This document shows positions 25,474-34,524 of a stretch of 64,000 nt of DNA, one piece after another. The DNA lies in NCBI GenBank assembly GCA_947627005.1, contig CANQUJ010000007.1:21797-85796 (forward strand), in the 5' to 3' direction. The notes under the pieces are model-generated. The model made no database searches. It was not told the origin of the DNA and saw only the letters and a list, made by a program, of their open reading frames with translations. Source of the stretch: an uncultured Clostridia bacterium. Its GTDB lineage: Bacteria > Bacillota > Clostridia > Oscillospirales > Ruminococcaceae. Each line of letters starts with the position of its first letter. Positions within the stretch are counted from its first letter, which is position 1. The position numbers and the translations under genes were made by a program.

Positions 25474-28296
25474 ATGCTTACACTACTTTTCCGCAAAATG
25501 CGCAATACCAAATGGATGGTTATTTGCCTTTTGATCGGGTTTATTATGGCGACTGCGATGACGAGCACGATACCGATATATATGCACGCCTCGCTTCAGC
25601 GAATGCTCGTTAAAGATATGCAGGCGTATCAGGAAGAAACCGGGGAATACCCGGGGGTTTATTCGGTCTCGAAAACCTTTATCGCCGGAACCAACGCCGC
25701 GAGGCAGCACGACATAACCCTTGACGTTTACGCCCGCGCGGTAAATCGGTTCAACAGCCTTATGGTCCCGTATCTTACATATAAGTGCACCGCTTCGGAC
25801 CCTTACCTTTACGTCTCTAACATCGAGACTCAAAGCCTTGCGACCATAAAGCTCGGCGGTATGACCGACATCGGCGATCACGTCAAGATAACATCGGGAA
25901 GAATGTTCAAAGAGGGCAAGAACGAGCAGGGCGTATACGAGGTCATCTGCACCGAGCGCTCGCTTCAGCTTTCGCAGCTCGTAAAAGACCAGGTATACGA
26001 GATCAAGAACGTTTTGGACAGCGATTCGCCCGATTCAATCAAGATCAAGATCGTCGGGACCTTCGGCCCCGCGAACGAGACCGACACTTATTGGTCGGAG
26101 GGGCTTTCAACCTATGACAACACCTTCTTCGCCGACTTCGACACCCTTTTGAACGACATTATCTTTACCGGCGTCGTAAACTTGAACTCGGCCGAAGCGA
26201 GGATAATCATCGACTACCAGAATATGGATATGAACGTCATCGAGCACGTTCAGAACAGCCTCGAGTCGCAGGCCGAGCAATACAGCGAAGAAGCCTGCAC
26301 CTTTAAGGTCCCGGCGCAGGCGGTATTGGAAAGCTATGCCGATAAGGCCGCTTCGCTTAGATATATTCTTCTGATGCTCGACATACCGGTAGTTTTGATG
26401 CTGGTGTTCTATCTGTTTATGGTCTCGCAGCTGAACATCGAGTCGGAGCGAAACGAGATCGCGATGTTAAAATCGCGCGGCGCTTCGTCTTGGCAGATTT
26501 TGCGGATCTACGCCTACGAAACCCTTATTTTGGGCGCAATTTCGGCGCTTGTCGGGCCGTTTGTCGGCCTCGGGCTTTGCAATATCCTCGGCGTTTCCAA
26601 CGGCTTCCTCGAATTCGTAAGGCGGCCCGCCCTTAACGCAAAGCTTTCGCTCGCGCCGTTTGTATACGCGCTGATCGCGGTCGCGGTGTTCTTTATAACC
26701 ACTCTGCTGCCGATTATCCCGGCTTCAAGGGTTTCTATCGTCGCGCATAAACAATCCAAGGCCCACGCGCAGAAAAAGCCCTTCTGGCAAAGGTCCTTCC
26801 TCGATATCGCGTTTATCGTTCTGCCGGTGGTGTGGCTTTGGTGGTATAACCGCCTCAACCAAAACCTTATAATGCAGGGGATAGTCGACACTTCGGCGAC
26901 TATGAACCCGCTTATGTTCGCAAGCTCGACTGTATTTATCCTCGGCGCGGCGCTTTTGTGCGTAAGGCTTTACCCCTATTTCATCCGCCTTATCTATGCG
27001 ATAGGAAGAAAAAGGTGGTCGCCCGCGGCGTATATTTCTTTGAACAATATCGGGCGCTCCTCGACCGGCCGCGAAAAGTTTATAATGATATTCCTGATCT
27101 TGACGGTCGCGCTCGGAATCTTCTCGGCGAACACCGCTCGGGCGATAAACCGCAACACCGAAGAGAGAATACGTTATAATTTGGGCGCAGACGCGGTTAT
27201 CGCCGAGGCATGGAAGACCTCGAGGGTAAGAGTATACGACGAAGAGACCGGGGAGGAGACCTCTACCACCCAATACACCGAGCCGGACTTCTCGAAGTAT
27301 TCCTCTCTGCCCGGGGTGGTTACCGCTACGCCGGTGTTTACCCGCGATTCGGTTCAGATGAGATACGACGAGTCGACCAAGACCGACTGCCGCCTTATGG
27401 CGATAATCCCGTATCAGTTCGCAAAGGTCGCGTGGTTCCGCTCCGATCTTCTTCCGACCCACATCAACCGCTATATAAACGCGCTGAACGAATGTCCGAA
27501 CGGCGCTATCGTCTCGTCCTCCTTCGCCGAAAAATACGAGGGCAAGCTTAAGCCCGGCGACGTTATCGAGGTCAAGTGGGCGAGAAACTCTTGGATAGAG
27601 GCGACGGTTGTCGCGATAGTCGACTATTGGCCCAGCCTTAACCCATACGACAAAAATTCCGCCGGCGAATACCGCGACTTTGTGGTTATGAATTACGACT
27701 ACATTAACGTTATGACCATAAGCGAGCCGTACGAAGTCTGGCTCGACCTTGAGGACAACGCGGATATCTCTAAGCTTTATAACGGCGTAGTAAGCGCCGA
27801 CATTACCGCCACAAGGCTTGACGTAGCCTCGCAGCTTATAATCGCCTCCAAGACCGACGCGGTACTCCAAGGGGTCAACGGCGCGCTCACCCTCGGGTTT
27901 ATAACCATAATGGCGATGTGCTTTATCGGCTTCTTGATCTACTGGATCCTTTCGATAAAGGGCAGAACGCTTCAGTTCGGCATTTTAAGGGCGATGGGAA
28001 TGTCGTTCAGAGAGATTATTTCTATGATAATCTACGAACAAATTCTCGTCTCGGGGGTATCCATCTTCCTCTCGATAATCATCGGCGGCATAGCCTCGGA
28101 TATATTCGTGCCGCTGTTCCAGGTGCTCTATAACGTAACCGAGCAGGTTCCGCCGTTCAGGGTCGTCGCCCAGCGAAGCGACTACTACAAGCTTTACGCC
28201 ATTGTCGCGATAATGCTTTTGGTAGGATTTATCGTCATCGCGCGGCTTATCAAGAAGATAAATATCAACAAGGCCCTTAAGCTCGGCGAAGACTAA
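25474..28296 (+). CDS. ABC transporter permease with two FtsX/MacB-type halves and two large extracytoplasmic domains
   Basis: 940 aa and about 10 TM. Each half is one TM, a ~250-aa loop and a 3-TM FtsX-like bundle. Confidence 0.85.
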   Translation: MLTLLFRKMRNTKWMVICLLIGFIMATAMTSTIPIYMHASLQRMLVKDMQAYQEETGEYPGVYSVSKTFIAGTNAARQHDITLDVYARAVNRFNSLMVPYLTYKCTASDPYLYVSNIETQSLATIKLGGMTDIGDHVKITSGRMFKEGKNEQGVYEVICTERSLQLSQLVKDQVYEIKNVLDSDSPDSIKIKIVGTFGPANETDTYWSEGLSTYDNTFFADFDTLLNDIIFTGVVNLNSAEARIIIDYQNMDMNVIEHVQNSLESQAEQYSEEACTFKVPAQAVLESYADKAASLRYILLMLDIPVVLMLVFYLFMVSQLNIESERNEIAMLKSRGASSWQILRIYAYETLILGAISALVGPFVGLGLCNILGVSNGFLEFVRRPALNAKLSLAPFVYALIAVAVFFITTLLPIIPASRVSIVAHKQSKAHAQKKPFWQRSFLDIAFIVLPVVWLWWYNRLNQNLIMQGIVDTSATMNPLMFASSTVFILGAALLCVRLYPYFIRLIYAIGRKRWSPAAYISLNNIGRSSTGREKFIMIFLILTVALGIFSANTARAINRNTEERIRYNLGADAVIAEAWKTSRVRVYDEETGEETSTTQYTEPDFSKYSSLPGVVTATPVFTRDSVQMRYDESTKTDCRLMAIIPYQFAKVAWFRSDLLPTHINRYINALNECPNGAIVSSSFAEKYEGKLKPGDVIEVKWARNSWIEATVVAIVDYWPSLNPYDKNSAGEYRDFVVMNYDYINVMTISEPYEVWLDLEDNADISKLYNGVVSADITATRLDVASQLIIASKTDAVLQGVNGALTLGFITIMAMCFIGFLIYWILSIKGRTLQFGILRAMGMSFREIISMIIYEQILVSGVSIFLSIIIGGIASDIFVPLFQVLYNVTEQVPPFRVVAQRSDYYKLYAIVAIMLLVGFIVIARLIKKININKALKLGED

Positions 28297-28328
28297 GCCG
28301 AAGCGCGAGGCCGAATCGGAGAGATTTT

Positions 28329-28739
28329 ATGAAAAGCTTTTTCCGCTTTCACCCCGTCGCCTCGGTTATCGCGATAATCGCCGCGTATACCGTTATCCCC
28401 GGCGCGATAGTGGTCTTATCGACCGCCTTATTCGGGGACAGCCCCGCGCTTAATAAGCTTTTGCTGATATATTCTCTTATAATAGAGCTTCTTCTCTGTC
28501 TTTTTGCCGACCGCTTTTTTCTCGCCGTCCTGCCGTTTGTGATATCGGTTTTGGGGGTGCTCGGCTGCGAGGGGGTATACCTTGCCGCGCAGGTCGCGGT
28601 GCAGTCGGGCGGAAGCGGAAAGGCCGCCTTTGCGGCGACCTCTTACGGGGTTATCCTCTTCGGCGCAGAGTTTGTCGGCGTGGCCTTCGGGCTTATCGCC
28701 TACGCGATAGTCGCGCTTATAAAAAGATTCCGGGAATGA
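28329..28739 (+). CDS. Small 4-TM membrane protein, unknown function
   Basis: 136 aa, hydrophobic throughout. It lies 32 nt after the permease gene on the same strand. Confidence 0.5.
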   Translation: MKSFFRFHPVASVIAIIAAYTVIPGAIVVLSTALFGDSPALNKLLLIYSLIIELLLCLFADRFFLAVLPFVISVLGVLGCEGVYLAAQVAVQSGGSGKAAFAATSYGVILFGAEFVGVAFGLIAYAIVALIKRFRE

Positions 28740-28755
28740 TAAATTAAAGGCGCAA

Positions 28756-28971
28756 AGCCCCTCTTCCACAAGAAAACAAACCCGCATAATCTAACTCAAA
28801 GCCGCCAACTTCTGTATTGGCGGCTCTTGCATTACATACAGTAGTGCGTGCGAGCCGCCGCCTTGAATTTGGCGGCTCTGCGCGATTATGCGGCGCTTCG
28901 CGGTGCCCGCCGGGCACCTTTGTTTTCTTATGTCAGAGGGGCTGAATCGCCCCCTCTTAAAACGAGGGGGC
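28756..28971. repeat. Compound palindromic intergenic element (nested inverted repeats, alternative pairings)
   Basis: Outer arms pair 28756-28791 with 28884-28943. Inner hairpins lie at 28801-28824, 28852-28878 and 28901-28918. Competing stems lie at 28935-28957 and 28951-28969. Confidence 0.6.
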
Positions 28972-28988
28972 GCGGTTTATATTTATCT

Positions 28989-30419
28989 TTATTCTTCCTC
29001 TGCGCGCTTGATCTCAAACCAGAAGGTCGAGCCCTTGCCGAGCTCCGACTGCACGCCGAAGCTCATTCCGTGAAGCCGCAGAATCTCTTTTACGATCGAA
29101 AGGCCGAGGCCCGAGCCGGTAACGTCGCGCTTGGTGCGCTCGTCGCGATAGTAGCGGTCGAAGATCATCGGAAGCTTTTCGCGCTCGATGCCTACGCCGA
29201 AGTCTACGACCTCGATTCTGACCACCTTTTCGCGGTTGCGCTGGCGGATTATGATCTTTCGCGAGTCGCCCGAATAGTTCACAGCGTTGTCGATAAAATT
29301 CCGCAGAACCTGCGAAAGCCGCATTTCGTCGCCCTCGCAGATGACGTCGGCGTCGCCGTCGATTTCAAAAGTATAGCCCTCTTTTTCGGACAAAAGCTTA
29401 TACCGCGAGACCGCGCTGTCGATAAAATCGGCGACCGAAAACCGCACGCTGTTAAGTTCTGCGCTGCCGTTCTGAAGCTTAGAAAGCTCTAAAAGATTGC
29501 TTACAAGCTCTGAAAGCCGGTCGCTCTCGTCGATTATGACCGAAAGGTGCTCGGCGCGCTTTTCGGGATTGTCACCCGAAAGGTCGCGAATCATCTCGGC
29601 ATAGGCTTTAATCATCGTAAGCGGGGTGCGAAGGTCGTGCGAGACGTTCGCGATAAGGTCGTTCCTCAAAGAGTCGACTTTAGATATCTCGGAAGCGGCG
29701 TAGTTTAACGCGTCGGCAAGCTCGTTGATCTCGGCGTAGCCGCCGCCCTCGAACCTTGTTCCGTAGTCGCCCGAGGCAAGCCTGTCGGCCGACTTGGTGA
29801 TCTGTTTAAACGGCCGCGAAAGCCGGTTTGAAAGCATCATAGTTATAAACAGCCCGAGGAAGAAGGTCATCACGGTTATGAAGACGAGCTGCTCTTTAAT
29901 GACCTCTACCGCGGGGCCTATCGGCTCGAGCGAGGCGTTGATAAAAAGCATATAGTCGTCATGAAGAAGCCCGCCGTATAGGTATTCGGTGGTGTCGAAC
30001 CGCTCGTTGGTGTTCACCGAGAGAAAATAGCCGTCTTCGCTGTTGTTTACCGCGTTGCGGAATTCCAAAAGGCGTATCCCTTGGTCGCGGGTCAAAACCG
30101 AGTATCCCCCCATAAAGTCCGAAACTATCAAAACCTTTCCGTATCGCTCGGTCACCATTATGGTCATGGTGTTGTCGTATGCAAGATTTTCTACGAGAGT
30201 GGTGCTCGAAAGCGGGTCGTCGTCGTTAAAAGAAGAGGATATTGCCGAGACGATGTTGTGTATCTTCGAGCGGGTAGACATCTGGTAGTATCTGTCAAGA
30301 GTGAACACCTGGAAAAACCAGACCAAAAAGAGTATCGCGCCGGTGAAAAAGGCGAAATATACCCAAATAGTCGACCTTACGGAAAGAACCCGGCGCTTCT
30401 TTTTATCTGATGTCGTCAA
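28989..30419 (-). CDS. Sensor histidine kinase (two TM, extracytoplasmic loop, HAMP, HisKA, HATPase_c)
   Basis: 476 aa. Motifs present: H-box SHDLRTPLT, N-box FIDNAVNY and G-box GSGLGLSIV. Confidence 0.9.
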   Translation of the reverse strand: MTTSDKKKRRVLSVRSTIWVYFAFFTGAILFLVWFFQVFTLDRYYQMSTRSKIHNIVSAISSSFNDDDPLSSTTLVENLAYDNTMTIMVTERYGKVLIVSDFMGGYSVLTRDQGIRLLEFRNAVNNSEDGYFLSVNTNERFDTTEYLYGGLLHDDYMLFINASLEPIGPAVEVIKEQLVFITVMTFFLGLFITMMLSNRLSRPFKQITKSADRLASGDYGTRFEGGGYAEINELADALNYAASEISKVDSLRNDLIANVSHDLRTPLTMIKAYAEMIRDLSGDNPEKRAEHLSVIIDESDRLSELVSNLLELSKLQNGSAELNSVRFSVADFIDSAVSRYKLLSEKEGYTFEIDGDADVICEGDEMRLSQVLRNFIDNAVNYSGDSRKIIIRQRNREKVVRIEVVDFGVGIEREKLPMIFDRYYRDERTKRDVTGSGLGLSIVKEILRLHGMSFGVQSELGKGSTFWFEIKRAEEE

Positions 30420-31077
30420 ATTTATATCCCATTCCTCTCAAGGTAACGATAAGGTCGCGATATGGGCCGAGGCTGTTGCGGAGCATTTTTATATGAGTGT
30501 CGACGGTGCGGTCGTCGCCGTAGAAATCGAAGCCCCAGACTTCTTCGAGAAGCTTCTCGCGAGACATCGCGATGTTCATATTTTTAGCGAGGAAGAAGAG
30601 GATGTCGTATTCCTTCGGGGTCATCTGGGCGCGCTTGCCGTCGATGATGACCTCTCTCGCCGCAAAGTTTATAACCAGCCCCTTATAGGTCAATATATCC
30701 TCGGCGCCGTCGCGGCTTCCGCGCTTGATGACAACCTTTATCCTCGCCATAAGCTCTTTGGGCGAAAAGGGCTTTACGACGTAGTCGTCTATCCCGACCT
30801 CGAATCCGAAGAGCTTGTCGTATTCCTCGCCCCTTGCCGAAAGCATTATGACCGGAATGTTTTTGATTTTCTTGATCTCTTTGCAGGCGGAGTAGCCATC
30901 AAGCTTGGGCATCATAATGTCCATAACAACGCAGTCGAAGTCTTTGTCGGCCCTTACTTTTTCGACGGCCTCCATGCCGTCGGCCGCCTCTTCGACCTCG
31001 TATCCCTCAAAGGTTGCGTATTCCTTTACGACCTCGCGAATCTTCGCCTCGTCGTCTACTATCAAAATCCTTGCCAT
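30403..31077 (-). CDS. OmpR/PhoB-family response regulator
   Basis: 224 aa. The receiver shows ILIVDDE and VVMDIMMPKLDG. The winged-helix shows TVDTHIKMLRNSL. It overlaps the kinase gene by 17 nt. Confidence 0.92.
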   Translation of the reverse strand: MARILIVDDEAKIREVVKEYATFEGYEVEEAADGMEAVEKVRADKDFDCVVMDIMMPKLDGYSACKEIKKIKNIPVIMLSARGEEYDKLFGFEVGIDDYVVKPFSPKELMARIKVVIKRGSRDGAEDILTYKGLVINFAAREVIIDGKRAQMTPKEYDILFFLAKNMNIAMSREKLLEEVWGFDFYGDDRTVDTHIKMLRNSLGPYRDLIVTLRGMGYKFDDIR

Positions 31078-31248
31078 TTAAATCCCTCCGATTCGGTTTC
31101 ATAATGATATTATATAGCAAAATTTCGCGGCAAGTGTGTCCGAATTATGAAATTTTTCGGAATTATTGGCGTATTGCCCCTTAAAGCTGTTGAAAAAACG
31201 CGCGCCGGGTGTTAAAATATAAAAAACAGGTTTTATAGGGGGAGAAAA

Positions 31249-31935
31249 ATGAAGATCGGAATGATAGTCGCGATGGCGAGCGAGATAGAGGCGCTTATAT
31301 TAAAAATCGGCGCGCCTATCGGCGAAGAAAGCTTCGGCGGGCTCGAAGTCAAGTCCTATCGAATCAACGAGAACGAGCTTTATGTAGTCCAAAGCGGGGT
31401 GGGCGAAATCTACGCCGCCTCGGCGACGCAGGCGCTTATAACCAAATACGGCGTCGAGATGATAGTAAACTTCGGAATCTGCGGCGGGCTTTCGGAGGAT
31501 ATGAGCCTTACCCGCGCGGTGGTGGTCGAAAAGGTGGTGCATTACGGCTTCGACCTCTCGGAGATTGACAATGTCGCGGTCGGGCAATACCCCGGCTGCC
31601 AGGATATATATATCCCGGCTTCGGAGAAGCTTGTTTCTGCGGCGATCGAGGCCGAGCCGAGGCTTGCGCGGGTGATTTGCGCCTCGGCCGACGTTTTCGT
31701 CGGCTCGCCGGAGCGAAAGAGAGAGCTCAACCGCCTTTACGGCGCGAAAATCTGCGAGATGGAGGCGGCGGGAATACTTTTGACCGCGAACCGCGCGGGG
31801 GTGCCGGCCCTGCTGATCAAGGCGGTTTCGGACAGCGTTGACGCGGGCGCCGATGAGTTCGAGGCGATGGTATCCGAGGCCGCCGCAAGCTGCGTTAAGG
31901 CGATGATGACGGCGCTTGAAAAGATGCGCATTTAG
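31249..31935 (+). CDS. Nucleoside phosphorylase superfamily protein, MTA/SAH nucleosidase-like
   Basis: 228 aa. Motifs KIGMIVAMASEIE, NFGICGG and CEMEAAG are present. Confidence 0.65.
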   Translation: MKIGMIVAMASEIEALILKIGAPIGEESFGGLEVKSYRINENELYVVQSGVGEIYAASATQALITKYGVEMIVNFGICGGLSEDMSLTRAVVVEKVVHYGFDLSEIDNVAVGQYPGCQDIYIPASEKLVSAAIEAEPRLARVICASADVFVGSPERKRELNRLYGAKICEMEAAGILLTANRAGVPALLIKAVSDSVDAGADEFEAMVSEAAASCVKAMMTALEKMRI

Positions 31936-31990
31936 CGAAAATCAAGAGACGTAAGAACGAAATTTCGGAAAAAGAAAGCGAGGAATTATT

Positions 31991-33562
31991 ATGACAACAT
32001 TCGGCGAGCGATTGAGAAAGGCGCGCAAGCGCAAGGGGCTTTCACAGATGGACGTTTTCGATGCGGTGGGGGTCTCTAACAAGGCGCTTTCAAGATATGA
32101 AAACGGCGACGCCGCTCCGAATCCCGAGACTTTGAAGAGGCTTATCCGCCTATACGACGTTTCGAGCGAATATATCCTCGGCCTTACCGCCGAGATGGGC
32201 CGTTCGGCAGACAATTCGCCCGAGGGCGAGAATCTTATAGATATGACCGACAACCGCGCCAGCGCCGAAAAGCTCATCGCCTTTATTTCGGCCTCGCCGA
32301 CAGCTTTTCACGCGGTAGACAATATCTCGCGAAAGCTTTCAAACGAGGGGTTTACAAAGCTCAACGAATGGGAGAATTGGGACATTGAAAAGGGCGGGAA
32401 GTATTTTATAACGAGAAACGGCTCGGCGGTTTTGGCGTTTAAGGTCGGCGAGGGGGACCCTTCGGGCTTTAACATCTTCGCCGCGCATTGCGACAGCCCA
32501 ACCTTTAAACTTAAGCCGGGCGCCGAGCTTGAGACCATCGACCATTATATCCGGCTCAACACCGAAGTCTACGGCGGCGGGATAATGTCTTCTTGGCTCG
32601 ACAGGCCGCTTTCTATCGCCGGAAGGATTGCCTTTTCGACGCCGAACGGAATCAAGACCCAGCTTATAAACCTTGAAAACACCACGGTGGTGATCCCGAA
32701 CGTCGCAATCCATATGCAAAGACAGATAAACGACGGCTTCACCTTTAACCCGCAGGTGGATACCATACCCCTTTTCGGCAGCGAAAAATCGAAGGGCGGG
32801 CTTATGCGCGCGGTCGCCGAGGCGGCGGGGGTCAAAGAAAAAGACGTTTTGGGGGTCGACCTTTATCTTTATAACAAAACCCCCGGGGCGGTCTGGGGCG
32901 CCGAGGGCGAATATGTCTCTTCGCCGAGGCTTGACGACCTTCAATGCGCCTATGCGGGGCTCTCCGGCTTTTTGGCGGGAGGGAACCGCGATACGGTCTC
33001 GCTTCTTGCGATATTCGACAACGAAGAGGTCGGCAGCAGAACCATTCAGGGCGCGGATTCAGACTTTTTGTTGAGCGCGGTCGAGCGGATATGCGCCGCC
33101 CTCGGAAAGAGCAAGGCGCAGACGCTTCCGAACAGCTTCGCCCTTTCGGCCGACAATGCCCACGCCGTTCACCCGAATCACCCCGAATACGCCGACCCGC
33201 AAAACCGACCGTTTATGAACGGCGGGATAGTTATAAAATTCAACGCCCGCCAGTCTTACGCGACCGACGGGGTCTCCGCCGCGATTTTCAAGAAAATCTG
33301 CGCGGCGGTCGGCGTTCCGGTACAGACCTTCGCGAACCGCTCCGACAAGCCCGGCGGAGGGACCTTGGGCAACATCTCCGCGACAAGGCTCTCTATCCCG
33401 ACAGCCGACATCGGCCTCGCGCAGCTTGCGATGCACTCTTGCTACGAGACCGCCGGTTCGATGGACACCCTTTATCTTGAACGCGCCGCGGCGGAATTTT
33501 TCAGAACCAAGCTTACAAGGCTCGACCTTTCGCCGGACGGCGGCTACGAGCTTGAAGCTTAA
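31991..33562 (+). CDS. XRE-type HTH domain fused in frame to an M18-family (aspartyl) aminopeptidase
   Basis: 523 aa. Residues 1-66 form the HTH (LSQMDVFDAVGVSNKALSRYENG). A linker follows. M18 motifs are AAHCDSPTFKLKP, DNEEVGS, SADNAHAVHPN and MHSCYE. Confidence 0.8.
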   Translation: MTTFGERLRKARKRKGLSQMDVFDAVGVSNKALSRYENGDAAPNPETLKRLIRLYDVSSEYILGLTAEMGRSADNSPEGENLIDMTDNRASAEKLIAFISASPTAFHAVDNISRKLSNEGFTKLNEWENWDIEKGGKYFITRNGSAVLAFKVGEGDPSGFNIFAAHCDSPTFKLKPGAELETIDHYIRLNTEVYGGGIMSSWLDRPLSIAGRIAFSTPNGIKTQLINLENTTVVIPNVAIHMQRQINDGFTFNPQVDTIPLFGSEKSKGGLMRAVAEAAGVKEKDVLGVDLYLYNKTPGAVWGAEGEYVSSPRLDDLQCAYAGLSGFLAGGNRDTVSLLAIFDNEEVGSRTIQGADSDFLLSAVERICAALGKSKAQTLPNSFALSADNAHAVHPNHPEYADPQNRPFMNGGIVIKFNARQSYATDGVSAAIFKKICAAVGVPVQTFANRSDKPGGGTLGNISATRLSIPTADIGLAQLAMHSCYETAGSMDTLYLERAAAEFFRTKLTRLDLSPDGGYELEA

Positions 33563-33581
33563 AATATCCGCAAAAAGCATC

Positions 33582-33610
33582 AAAAAAGAGGGGGAATACC
33601 CCTCTTTTTG
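33582..33610. terminator. Bidirectional terminator between convergent genes
   Basis: The hairpin aaaaaagagggg-gaata-cccctcttttt is present. Confidence 0.75.
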
Positions 33611-33612
33611 CT

Positions 33613-34524
33613 TTATTCCGAAGCTTCCGCCTCTCCGATGTCGAAGGTTGTCGTCCACTTCCCGGTGACTTCGAGGTCTTGGTCGCCCTTCTTTCTTATG
33701 ATAAAGCTTTCGAGGTAAAGGGTGTAGGTCCCGCTCTCCAAAAGCTCCTCCGATTCGGGGAAGAACATCACTTTAAGCTCTTCTCTTTCGGCATTCGGGT
33801 TGACGTATTTCCGCCTGTGAACGACCTTTACCGCATAGTCAAGGCCGCCGTTCGGCCCGCCGGAATAGCAGCTTTCTATGGTGTCGACGGTTTTGTCGGC
33901 GGGGGTATAGCCCTCCGGGATCGCGCCTAAAAGCTCCTCCGGGGTGTGGATCCAGTCCTCCGGCTCTAATCGTTCGCTCGACCACCAAGTCGGCCCGTCT
34001 TCGGGCGGGGCGGCCTCTTCCTCGGTCGATACGGTAAAGAGCGGTTCGCCGCTTTCGCCCGATTCGAGATAGCCCTCAAAGTCGAAGTCCGCGCTCGTCG
34101 GGGCGGAAGCGCCGCCAGAGCTTGTGAAGACGGTTTTTCCCTGCGAATCGCTTAAGGTGTAGCTAAGCGGGATCGCGGTGCAGTCTTTCAAATCGAGCTT
34201 TGATTCCGGGTCGGTCTTTTCGACCTTTATCTCTATCCCGCTCTCGCCGAACCCCGCGAAGCTGACCTTAAAATCGTCCGTCGCGTCGCCGACGTATTCC
34301 TGCCCGGTGATCGTTCCGAACAGGTTTTTAACGTTTATAAGCCCGCCCCCCGCGAAGGCCGCGACCCCTCCGACCGCTGTCAAAGCTATCGCCGCGGCTA
34401 TCGCCATCGGGAATTTTCTATGCTTTTTCGCCGTAAATTCTCTTATCGCGGCGGTTTCTTCTATCGCGCTCTCGTCGATACCGTCGATCGCTTTGCTTAA
34501 AATCTCTTTATTCATAACAAACAC
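33613..34524 (-). CDS. Putative anti-sigma factor / membrane-anchored extracytoplasmic protein
   Basis: 303 aa. A short cytoplasmic N-terminus and a single TM (MAIAAAIALTAVGGVAAF) are present. It overlaps the stop of the upstream ECF sigma gene. The ATG at 34515 is an alternative start. Confidence 0.5.
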   Translation of the reverse strand: MFVMNKEILSKAIDGIDESAIEETAAIREFTAKKHRKFPMAIAAAIALTAVGGVAAFAGGGLINVKNLFGTITGQEYVGDATDDFKVSFAGFGESGIEIKVEKTDPESKLDLKDCTAIPLSYTLSDSQGKTVFTSSGGASAPTSADFDFEGYLESGESGEPLFTVSTEEEAAPPEDGPTWWSSERLEPEDWIHTPEELLGAIPEGYTPADKTVDTIESCYSGGPNGGLDYAVKVVHRRKYVNPNAEREELKVMFFPESEELLESGTYTLYLESFIIRKKGDQDLEVTGKWTTTFDIGEAEASE

